IMG/VR virus record: IMGVR_UViG_3300021254_000004
Coordinates: 1 to 41,685 of that record
Reading direction: 5' to 3' (one strand)
Length of the DNA stretch: 41,685 nt
Source of the DNA: a virus
In this document: positions 32,861 through 40,215 of the stretch, in pieces
Position numbering within the stretch: position 1 is the first letter of the stretch
How the letters are laid out: the number at the start of each line of letters is the position of its first letter
Notes under the pieces: model-generated
What the model was told of the DNA's origin: nothing
Databases searched by the model: none
The model's input: only the letters and a program-made list of their open reading frames with translations
Position numbers and translations under genes: made by a program

Positions 32861-33109
32861 ATGATTAGAGCAGACGTAGCAATTGCCGAACAGCGTCAAA
32901 TCATTGACGTGCCTGTTGAAACAAAATCCGAAGCTATTCGTGTGCTTTGGAACACATATGGACCAGCGATTGACATTAAACGTTGGGTCGAAGATGAACA
33001 GGAAGAGGTGCAAGATGAGCAAGTTGATAGCAACGAGTCAGATGACTCTGGTGAACTTGACGGAGAGGGCGGAAGTACGCAGGGAGACATTTTACAAGTT
33101 AACGAATAG
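32861..33109 (+). CDS. small acidic protein (82 aa) overlapping the next gene's start
   Basis: Strong SD GAGAGGAG. It overlaps 33015..35159 by 95 nt in another frame. Confidence 0.5.
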   Translation: MIRADVAIAEQRQIIDVPVETKSEAIRVLWNTYGPAIDIKRWVEDEQEEVQDEQVDSNESDDSGELDGEGGSTQGDILQVNE

Positions 33110-35159
33110 CGCTGAGGCGCCTGAGGTACCGAGTGCAGGCGGGCGAAACCTTATGCAAAGGACCGATAAACCTTTCGTCATGGGTTACGGTATTACAAAT
33201 ACGACTTGGGACGATGATAAGAAATGGGCTTATCTTGATTTAACAGACCCAAATGTTAATCCTGCTAAACAGAATGAAATCTTACCACAAGGGCAGTTTT
33301 ATAATTTTAAGCCAACTAAAGGTATGATTTACACGCAGTCTATCTTGATTGATACCGACGCAACGTTTAACCCGAATGGGCAATCTACTAACTCTTGGTT
33401 TACTAGTCGAGGTCATAATGAACAGAAAGGTTACTTCAAGAAGCTTAGTGAAACGACATATCGCTTTTGGTCAACATATACGTGGCAATTAGAGGATATT
33501 GCTCTTCGTGCGTTTGACTGGTTCTATTTATATAAAGTTTTGGGGTTTCGCAACAGCGGAACATATTTAGCATTTTACAAACCAAAGCTAGAAACAAGTG
33601 ACCAACCAAGTGAGTGGTCTTTAGCCCCCGAAGACCTTGGCTGGTCAATGGCTACACTAGTCCCAACGCAGGAACAGCGCTACTTATGGAAATTTGAGTA
33701 TATATACTACTCAGACGGTTCCGCTGAAATCACGCAGCCAACAAACATCAGCATAGCAGGCACGAACGGTCAAACCTCGCACGTACACTTTGCGTTTGCT
33801 GACAATGCTACTGGTGGCGGATTTAGCTTGACTACACCGAAAGCTTACATGGGCTGGTACGCTGATTTTAATGAGACAGCAAGCAATGACCCGACTAAGT
33901 ATAAGTGGGGTAAGTGGAAAGGTGACCAAGGGGCACCAGGGGGTAAAGGTGATGACGGTAAAACGTCTTATCTCCATCTCGCTTTTGCAAGCAGTGCAGA
34001 TGGTAAGACTGGTTTTAGTTTTACGGAATCTGGTCAACAGTATCAAGGCTATTACACCGATTTCACGCAATCTAGCAGTACAGACCCAACGAAGTATACG
34101 TGGATGGATAGACGAGCTGGAGTTGAGGTTGGCTCAAAGAATTTGTTGCGTAAAACAGCAGTAAACACTAAAAATCTAAAACTTTTCGGCACAATAGATA
34201 CAACTGTTAGCGTTGTTGAGAAGGACGGACATCAAGTATACAAATTGGTAGTTTCTGGCTCTAGTAATGCAGGCGCTTATTTCATCGGCAATAGTGATTA
34301 TTACAATCTTGCCAAAGACCGTAATTATACATTTAGTTTCTGGGTTTTGACTAATAAAGATAAAAATTTCAGCATGAATAGCTTAGGTCATATTCAAGCC
34401 GTCAACACTAATAGTGATAAAGTTGGAAACGATAGTTTACACCAACATACACAGCCCGTGTACAGCACAAATATTATAAAAGCGAATACGTGGACAAAAG
34501 TTTGGCTTACCTTTAAGCCTATATCAAATAGTTATTTTCTTCCGCATTTCTGGTATCTAAAGGCTGGTGACGAAATATACATCTATGACATGATGTTAAA
34601 TGAAGGTACCATACCTCTTTCTCACAGCTTAGCTCCTGAAGATACACAAGAACAAATTGACAGTAAAGCAGACCAAGCACTCACGCAGCAACAGCTGAAT
34701 GCTTTAGCAGAACAGAACAGCATTGTTAAAGCTGAAATGGAAGCTAAAGCAAGCATTGACACGGTCAATCAGTGGATTACAGCTTATCAAAACTACGTTA
34801 ACGCTAATGACGAGGCTAAAGCGGAATCTGAACGCAATTTGCAAGAGGCGTCAGCTCGTATCTTGCAATTAAAGACAGACGTTGGAACTTTGCGCCAACA
34901 ATGGGACTTTATCGATACATATATGACTGTTCAAAATGAAGGTCTTATCATCGGTAAATCTGACGGTTCAGCTTATGCTAAGTTTGCCAACGACCGAATC
35001 AGCTTATTCTCAGGTAGTAGCGAAGTCATGTATATCTCGCAAGGTGTCTTGCGAATTGAAAACGGTATTTTCACCAAAACAATTCAAATTGGACGTTTCC
35101 GTTTTGAAACGCACCCAGCAGACCAAGACATGCTGGTATTAAGGTATTTAGGAGGTTGA
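33015..35159 (+). CDS. receptor-binding/host-specificity tail protein with a short collagen-like tract
   Basis: SD GAGGTG precedes ATG 33015 (MSKLIATSQMTLVNLTE). GDQGAPGGKGDDGKT at 33921-33965 is flanked by two ~48-aa repeats. The track start at 32883 is a spurious extension. Confidence 0.7.
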   Translation: MSKLIATSQMTLVNLTERAEVRRETFYKLTNSAEAPEVPSAGGRNLMQRTDKPFVMGYGITNTTWDDDKKWAYLDLTDPNVNPAKQNEILPQGQFYNFKPTKGMIYTQSILIDTDATFNPNGQSTNSWFTSRGHNEQKGYFKKLSETTYRFWSTYTWQLEDIALRAFDWFYLYKVLGFRNSGTYLAFYKPKLETSDQPSEWSLAPEDLGWSMATLVPTQEQRYLWKFEYIYYSDGSAEITQPTNISIAGTNGQTSHVHFAFADNATGGGFSLTTPKAYMGWYADFNETASNDPTKYKWGKWKGDQGAPGGKGDDGKTSYLHLAFASSADGKTGFSFTESGQQYQGYYTDFTQSSSTDPTKYTWMDRRAGVEVGSKNLLRKTAVNTKNLKLFGTIDTTVSVVEKDGHQVYKLVVSGSSNAGAYFIGNSDYYNLAKDRNYTFSFWVLTNKDKNFSMNSLGHIQAVNTNSDKVGNDSLHQHTQPVYSTNIIKANTWTKVWLTFKPISNSYFLPHFWYLKAGDEIYIYDMMLNEGTIPLSHSLAPEDTQEQIDSKADQALTQQQLNALAEQNSIVKAEMEAKASIDTVNQWITAYQNYVNANDEAKAESERNLQEASARILQLKTDVGTLRQQWDFIDTYMTVQNEGLIIGKSDGSAYAKFANDRISLFSGSSEVMYISQGVLRIENGIFTKTIQIGRFRFETHPADQDMLVLRYLGG

Positions 35160-35166
35160 TAAGTAA

Positions 35167-37167
35167 ATGGCAACAGCTACTTTTAGCGGTCAATATGGAC
35201 ATAATATGACCTTGGAAGTGTGGTCTGGTTGGAATAGGCAAGACGTAGCTAACAATAGGTCAACAGTTAACGTACAAGCACGTCTTATCACGAATGGATA
35301 TGCAAGTATGTGGGGTGTCACGGCTGATTTGACTATTACAATTAACGGTGGTTCGGCGATTGAGCACCCCGGTATTAACATTGGCACAGGGTCAAGTCAG
35401 TTGATTTTTGCTCATGATTATGTTGTTGGTCATAACAACGATGGTAGTAAAACAGTTGGTATTAAGATTTCGGTTAGTCTTAATACAGGTGGATATGGTA
35501 GTTCAATGGTTGCATTCGACCTTAAATTACCAAATATTCCGCGAGCGAGTTCAGGCAGCGTCACATCTGGCGACTTAGGGACACCGGTCAAGATTTCAAT
35601 CGACCGCAAAGTTAGTACGTTTAAACACACTTTAAGATACGACTGGAACGGTGTCACAGGAACAATAGCAAGCAATGTTGATACATCTTATTCGTGGACA
35701 TTGCCAATGAGTTTTGCGGATAAAATTCCAAACGCAACATCTTCTTGGGGACGTGTTTTTATTGACACTTATAACGGTTCTACAAAAATTGGTACAAAGG
35801 AAGCTACATTTACAGGTAACGTCCCAGCAAGCGTTAAACCAACCTTAGGCAGTATTAGCTTATCTGACAGCAATACGACTGTATCTAACTTGATAAATAC
35901 GTCAAACACGTTTGTTCAGGTCTTATCCAATATCAAAGTCGCTTTTAACAACGCAAGCGGTGCTTACAGCTCTACCATTTCCAATTATCACGCTGAAATT
36001 GTTGATAGAAACATGACCACGACGTCAAACAATGGCGCTTTGGGAATTATGAGTTTTAGCGGTTCGGCAACAGTTAGAGCGACAGTGACAGACAGCCGAG
36101 GACGTACGTCCGAACCTGTAGAAGTAGAAGTCAACGTATTGCCGTATTTTACGCCACAGCTAAGCTTTACAGCACAGCGTAGCGGTTCGGCAGGCACGAC
36201 TATCACCGTGACTAGAAACGCCAAAATTGCGCCTTTAACGGTCGGTGATAATCAAAAGAACACGATGAAGCTCACGTTTAAATACAAGAAACATTCGGCA
36301 ACCGACTACACAGCCGACACTGGTAGCGCAGGCGGAACGTGGACGACAGTCAGCGAGCTAGTTAACTCACAAGCAAATCTGGACGCAGTATTTAACGCTC
36401 TGACGACTTATGACATTGTCGGCAAAATCGAAGACAGCTTTACCAGCTACGATTTTAGTGCCACAGTCGGAACAGAGAAATTCCCGCTAGCTATTAGACC
36501 AGACGGAATCGGGCTTGGTAAGGTTCCTGAAAGAACGAATGTTATTGATAGCGATTGGGCTTATTATTACCAAAATCAACGTATTGAATTCGTTAAAGGT
36601 TTAAATACTTCAGCTGACCCAAACACACTTTTAACAAGCGGTGCTTACAAACCAACGACTACAACCAACCTACCTAGCGGAGCAGGTCAGAACGGACAGT
36701 TACTAGTCGTTAAAAGTGAAGGTGACACAATTAGTCAAATGTATATGCCTTACAACGAATCAAGTGTATTTGTCCGCAATGCAAACGGAATCGGTGGTAG
36801 TTCGCCAAACTGGAAGGGTTGGAAGAAACTTGCAAACACTGACGAAGTTAATGCAATCAAAAACAGTAGCAATATGACTAACACAGGTTGGCAGTCAGCA
36901 GGTCATGCAGGTTCTTACTACAAGCGCAGTGGTGACATGTTAGCTATTCGATTTGATTTTAAAGGTAACGGGAACACATTTGTATTTGCCGAAGTGCCAT
37001 CAAGTGTATTTAGCGCACCACAATCTTATATGATTGAGATTGCAGAATGGTCAGTCAGTGGTGCTGACACTGGTCACGTACAGGTCAATGCTGGCACTGG
37101 TCAGTTTAACATTTTAGCTTCCAAAAACAATCAACAATACCGCGGACAAATATTGCTCATGGTCTAG
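35167..37167 (+). CDS. siphovirus minor structural/tail protein (666 aa)
   Basis: Position. The N-terminus FSGQYGHNMTLEVWSGWNRQDVANNRSTVNVQARL resembles a streptococcal phage family (DUF859 by recollection). Confidence 0.65.
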   Translation: MATATFSGQYGHNMTLEVWSGWNRQDVANNRSTVNVQARLITNGYASMWGVTADLTITINGGSAIEHPGINIGTGSSQLIFAHDYVVGHNNDGSKTVGIKISVSLNTGGYGSSMVAFDLKLPNIPRASSGSVTSGDLGTPVKISIDRKVSTFKHTLRYDWNGVTGTIASNVDTSYSWTLPMSFADKIPNATSSWGRVFIDTYNGSTKIGTKEATFTGNVPASVKPTLGSISLSDSNTTVSNLINTSNTFVQVLSNIKVAFNNASGAYSSTISNYHAEIVDRNMTTTSNNGALGIMSFSGSATVRATVTDSRGRTSEPVEVEVNVLPYFTPQLSFTAQRSGSAGTTITVTRNAKIAPLTVGDNQKNTMKLTFKYKKHSATDYTADTGSAGGTWTTVSELVNSQANLDAVFNALTTYDIVGKIEDSFTSYDFSATVGTEKFPLAIRPDGIGLGKVPERTNVIDSDWAYYYQNQRIEFVKGLNTSADPNTLLTSGAYKPTTTTNLPSGAGQNGQLLVVKSEGDTISQMYMPYNESSVFVRNANGIGGSSPNWKGWKKLANTDEVNAIKNSSNMTNTGWQSAGHAGSYYKRSGDMLAIRFDFKGNGNTFVFAEVPSSVFSAPQSYMIEIAEWSVSGADTGHVQVNAGTGQFNILASKNNQQYRGQILLMV

Positions 37168-37179
37168 AAAGGAGAATAC

Positions 37180-37563
37180 ATGAAACTATCTTTTAATTCA
37201 AAATCGCAGGAAATCGGGCTAGATGGTTCAGTTACTGGAACACGAGTTGTTTTATCAAACAACGACGGTGGATTTCTCCCCGTCATGTTACCAGCTGACA
37301 AAATCAGCTTATCAAATGCAGAGCTGGAAGAGCTAGCGCTGGAAGTCGTGTATCAGGAGAATTTCCCGAGACGTGCTGAAAACGAGAAATTCAACGAAAT
37401 TGGCGAGAAAATCGCTAAGTATGATGAGATGATTGAGAAAATGCAAAAAGCCATTGATGACTCGGAAAAGATGACAAAGCTAGCAACAGCTACTTTGAAT
37501 GGCTTAATCAATCAAATGTATGCTGACGAGGAAGCAGCAGATGAAACTATTAAAGAAAATTAA
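37180..37563 (+). CDS. hypothetical protein (127 aa)
   Basis: ORF track, with SD AAGGAG. Confidence 0.6.
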   Translation: MKLSFNSKSQEIGLDGSVTGTRVVLSNNDGGFLPVMLPADKISLSNAELEELALEVVYQENFPRRAENEKFNEIGEKIAKYDEMIEKMQKAIDDSEKMTKLATATLNGLINQMYADEEAADETIKEN

Positions 37564-37588
37564 AAACACAATTTTAGGAGGAAGAACA

Positions 37589-37726
37589 ATGATGATTAAT
37601 TATTTCGCAATGCAAATTGAATTAGGTTGGATTACTATTGAGACTGTTCCAAAACGTTTCCGTAAACAAGTGCAAGAGCTTGTAGACCTATCTCACGCAG
37701 GCTTGCAAGAAGAAACCGCCGAATAA
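37589..37726 (+). CDS. hypothetical small protein (45 aa from the internal ATG)
   Basis: SD AGGAGG precedes ATG 37589 (MMINYFAMQIELGW...). Confidence 0.5.
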   Translation: MMINYFAMQIELGWITIETVPKRFRKQVQELVDLSHAGLQEETAE

Positions 37727-37746
37727 GGCTTAGATAGCGTGGGTCT

Positions 37747-38079
37747 ATGGTGGGTCAAGATGTAATACACGAAGCTATGCAAGCGACTTGGACTATTGAT
37801 AAAGTTGGCGGAATCCTAGCAACGGCTATTATTGTCGTCATTTTGATTTTAATCAGCGGTATGCTATGGGTTACTAAGAAATTAGTCACTGGTTTCCAAG
37901 AAACGAATAAAGAGCTACTAGCGTCTAACAATCGAATAGCGACCGAGAACCAGCAGCAAATGGCTAGATTGACCGAGGCAGTCAATAGCTTGTCGCTGGA
38001 GACACGAAAAGACATATCAGTCTTGCAAGATAAGGTGGACGGTCTGGAAGATGTGGTCAGAAAAACGCAGATGTTTTAG
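37747..38079 (+). CDS. single-pass membrane plus coiled-coil protein, possible holin-associated
   Basis: TM segment GGILATAIIVVILILISGMLWV. It sits in the lysis cassette. Confidence 0.5.
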   Translation: MVGQDVIHEAMQATWTIDKVGGILATAIIVVILILISGMLWVTKKLVTGFQETNKELLASNNRIATENQQQMARLTEAVNSLSLETRKDISVLQDKVDGLEDVVRKTQMF

Positions 38080-38123
38080 ACCACGCGCAGCAATGCGCAG
38101 TTATGCGCAGAAGGGAGAAGAAC

Positions 38124-38450
38124 ATGAATGATGTGATTGTACAAGCAGCTATGCTTATTTTGACAGGTCTAGCTGGTTTTATCGTTAAAACCGTAAAAGA
38201 TTATCTTTACAAAGAAGGCGGTGAGAAAGCGCTCAAAATCGTTGAAATCATCGCAAAGAACGCTGTTAACGCAGTTGAGCAGATTGCTGAAGAGGATACT
38301 AAAGGTTACCAAAAACTTAGCGAGGCAAAAGCTAAAGCTAGAAAGAGCCTAGAAGCTCACAATATTTATTTAACAGATAGTCAGCTGGAAATGTTTATCG
38401 AAGCAGCAGTTAAGGAAATGAATGACGCTTGGAGAGGAGAAAGCAAATGA
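38124..38450 (+). CDS. holin (LL-H-like by recollection)
   Basis: SD GGGAGAAG precedes ATG 38124. The N-terminal TM is VIVQAAMLILTGLAGFIV. It lies directly upstream of the lysin and overlaps it. Confidence 0.65.
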   Translation: MNDVIVQAAMLILTGLAGFIVKTVKDYLYKEGGEKALKIVEIIAKNAVNAVEQIAEEDTKGYQKLSEAKAKARKSLEAHNIYLTDSQLEMFIEAAVKEMNDAWRGESK

Positions 38451-39292
38451 ATACAGACATTTTAATCAATTGGTTCGAAAGCCGTCGAGGAAAACTTACT
38501 TATAGCATGTATGGCAGTCGTAACGGTTCAGACGGCACAGCAGACTGTTCTGGTTCGATTTCTCAGGCTTTGAAAGAAGCGGGAGTAAATATCATCGGAT
38601 TGCCGTCAACAGTGACTCTAGGCTCACAATTGGCAAATAACGGCTTTTATCGAGTATCTAAAAATGAAGACTGGAACGGACAGCGTGGCGACATTATTTT
38701 GATGTCATGGGGCGCTGATATGTCGCAATCTGGCGGAGCTGGTGGGCACGTCGGAGTGCTAGAGGACGCTAACACATTTATTTCCGTTGACTACTGGACT
38801 GGCGGACAAGCAGGGACAGCAGTGTCATCTCACAACTGGGACCAATATTACGCTATCGAAAAACCAGCCTATATCGAAGCTTGGCGCTTTAGCGGGTCAA
38901 CAGCTACACAGCCTAACACAGTAGTCTCAGGTGGTCGTAAACCAGACAGCAAAGCTTACTATCTAGCGAATGATGTAGCATTTGTTAACGGTATCTATCA
39001 AATTAAATGTGACTACCTAGCGCCTGTTGGCTTTGATTGGTCTGATAACGGTATTCCCGTTGGTCTAGTCAATTGGGTAGATGAAAACGGCAACAACTTG
39101 CCTGACGGTCAAGACAAGGACTTTAAAGCAGGTATGTACTTCTCATTTGAGATTGACGAGGCACACATTACAGACACTGGCGAAGGTGGCTACTATGGTG
39201 GTTACTATTGGCGTAAATTTGAGTTCGGTCAGTTCGGCACTGTATGGCTTTCTTGTCGAGATAAAGACGATTTGGTCAACTATTACAAATAA
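38447..39292 (+). CDS. endolysin: Pal-like Amidase_5 N-terminal domain plus a C-terminal cell-wall-binding domain
   Basis: WFESRRGKLTYSMYGSRNGSDGTADCSGS...RGDIILMSWGADMSQSGGAGGHVG aligns by eye with pneumococcal phage Dp-1 Pal. Confidence 0.9.
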   Translation: MNTDILINWFESRRGKLTYSMYGSRNGSDGTADCSGSISQALKEAGVNIIGLPSTVTLGSQLANNGFYRVSKNEDWNGQRGDIILMSWGADMSQSGGAGGHVGVLEDANTFISVDYWTGGQAGTAVSSHNWDQYYAIEKPAYIEAWRFSGSTATQPNTVVSGGRKPDSKAYYLANDVAFVNGIYQIKCDYLAPVGFDWSDNGIPVGLVNWVDENGNNLPDGQDKDFKAGMYFSFEIDEAHITDTGEGGYYGGYYWRKFEFGQFGTVWLSCRDKDDLVNYYK

Positions 39293-39327
39293 ATTTGATA
39301 TAATTAAGTGAGCACAATACTTTAACA

Positions 39328-39356
39328 CCCCTAGCTAAAAAGCTAGGGGCTTTTTT
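39328..39356 (+). terminator. intrinsic terminator ending the late operon
   Basis: cccctagct-aaaa-agctagggg followed by TTTTTT. Confidence 0.85.
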
Positions 39357-39386
39357 GTTGCTGTTATAACCACAATAATAAAAAAA

Positions 39387-39402
39387 GTCCGTTTTAACGG
39401 AC
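39387..39402 (-). terminator. hairpin GTCCG/CGGAC flanked by an A-run and a T-run (minus-oriented or bidirectional terminator)
   Basis: Sequence aaaaaaaGTCCGttttaaCGGACcaaaaaatttt. Confidence 0.4.
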
Positions 39403-39443
39403 CAAAAAATTTTAAAAAATATCAAAAAAGTTTATAAAAAGTG

Positions 39444-39472
39444 TTGACATTATATCGTATATATACTATAAT
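39444..39472 (+). promoter_or_regulatory. consensus sigma-A promoter P1 of the accessory island
   Basis: TTGACA at 39444-39449, 17-nt spacer, TATAAT at 39467-39472. Confidence 0.8.
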
Positions 39473-39525
39473 ATATATGTAAGGTTGATTGAGACCTTAT
39501 AATAAAAAAAGAAAGGGAGCTTAAA

Positions 39526-39654
39526 ATGAAGCGTGCAGAACGCAGGCAACAAAAAGAAGCGCAGAAGTTGGAACAACAAAAGCTTAAATTAGGATTAATC
39601 ATGTTAGCCCTTGATATCCTATATAAGTTAGTTGAACTACTTAAACGCTTCTAA
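39526..39654 (+). CDS. 42-aa peptide with a charged N-terminus and hydrophobic C-terminus (MKRAERRQQKEAQKLEQQKLKLGLIMLALDILYKLVELLKRF)
   Basis: Manual translation. SD AAGGGAG lies 8 nt upstream. It is followed by a terminator. Confidence 0.45.
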   Translation: MKRAERRQQKEAQKLEQQKLKLGLIMLALDILYKLVELLKRF

Positions 39655-39664
39655 ACCAGTTACA

Positions 39665-39705
39665 GGTGAGGTGAGAAACCTCCCTCACTTGTATTTTTAT
39701 TTTAA
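39665..39705 (+). terminator. intrinsic terminator
   Basis: ggtgagg(t)gag-aaac-ctccctcact, about 10 bp with one bulge, followed by tgtatttttatttt. Confidence 0.7.
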
Positions 39706-39721
39706 GCTAAAAATTGGTGTA

Positions 39722-39811
39722 ATGCAAATGAAATTACATGATTTAATTAAAATTCTGTTGATTATTGATATCGTTTTAACATTGGTTCTGATAATCATGA
39801 AGCTGATTTAA
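39722..39811 (+). CDS. 29-aa strongly hydrophobic micro-ORF (MQMKLHDLIKILLIIDIVLTLVLIIMKLI)
   Basis: Manual translation. The SD is weak. It ends 11 nt before the next gene's ATG. Confidence 0.35.
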   Translation: MQMKLHDLIKILLIIDIVLTLVLIIMKLI

Positions 39812-39822
39812 AGGAGAATTAT

Positions 39823-40011
39823 ATGCCTGAAAAAGCAGGTCAAACAGCAGCACAAAAGAAGGCTGACAAAAAATGGAACGAAAAAAACAGAGAACACCGC
39901 AATTACATGACTAAAAGGTCAACGGCTAGGGGTTTTATTCGTAACCATGCGACAAAAGAAGATTTACTTGAATTACAAGAACTTATCCAAGAAAATCTAA
40001 AAAAATTTTAA
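39823..40011 (+). CDS. small basic protein (62 aa), unknown function
   Basis: ORF track, with SD AAGGAG. Confidence 0.65.
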   Translation: MPEKAGQTAAQKKADKKWNEKNREHRNYMTKRSTARGFIRNHATKEDLLELQELIQENLKKF

Positions 40012-40019
40012 AAAAGTTC

Positions 40020-40048
40020 TTGACATATTATAGTATATATACTATAAT
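40020..40048 (+). promoter_or_regulatory. consensus sigma-A promoter P2, a near-duplicate of P1
   Basis: TTGACA at 40020-40025, 17-nt spacer, TATAAT at 40043-40048. The 15-mer TATATATACTATAAT is shared with P1. Confidence 0.8.
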
Positions 40049-40054
40049 AAAAAC

Positions 40055-40215
40055 ATAAAGAAAAGGTTACCCGCCAACAATCGCCAAACCGTTACGGATA
40101 ACCTAGAAACAATCCACTTAACTAAGTAGATATGTGAATATTATAGCATAGGTACCTAGTTAAGTAAAGCTTACTAGGTACTTTTTAGTACCTCTAAAAA
40201 GAAAGAGGTAAAAAC
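40055..40215 (+). promoter_or_regulatory. ~160-nt structured 5' leader (hairpin, antiterminator, terminator, anti-SD); candidate riboswitch or attenuator
   Basis: H1 pairs 40064-40073 with 40095-40104. The antiterminator pairs 40116-40124 with 40157-40165. The terminator spans 40152-40186. TACCTCT 40188-40194 pairs with the SD AGAGGTA 40203-40209. Confidence 0.5.
40152..40186 (+). terminator. intrinsic terminator inside the leader, 30 nt upstream of the 203-aa ORF
   Basis: gtacctagt (40152-40160) pairs with actaggtac (40173-40181), followed by TTTTT. Confidence 0.7.

Noticed and set aside
31130-34110. Repeated fibre modules as template/variable repeats of a diversity-generating retroelement
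   Set aside because: No reverse transcriptase gene occurs anywhere in the genome. The repeats diverge at all base types and show no adenine-specific pattern.
39818-39843. Minus-strand TTGACC / TATAAT as the promoter of an antisense antitoxin RNA against the 29-aa hydrophobic ORF
   Set aside because: The spacer is only 14 nt, which is non-functional for sigma-A. No minus-oriented terminator lies downstream.
40055-40215. The leader as a T-box or a known riboswitch such as preQ1
   Set aside because: I could not find the T-box consensus, a specifier-loop architecture or the preQ1 core motifs by eye, and at about 160 nt the leader is short for a T-box. It is therefore reported as an unclassified attenuator and not assigned to a class.
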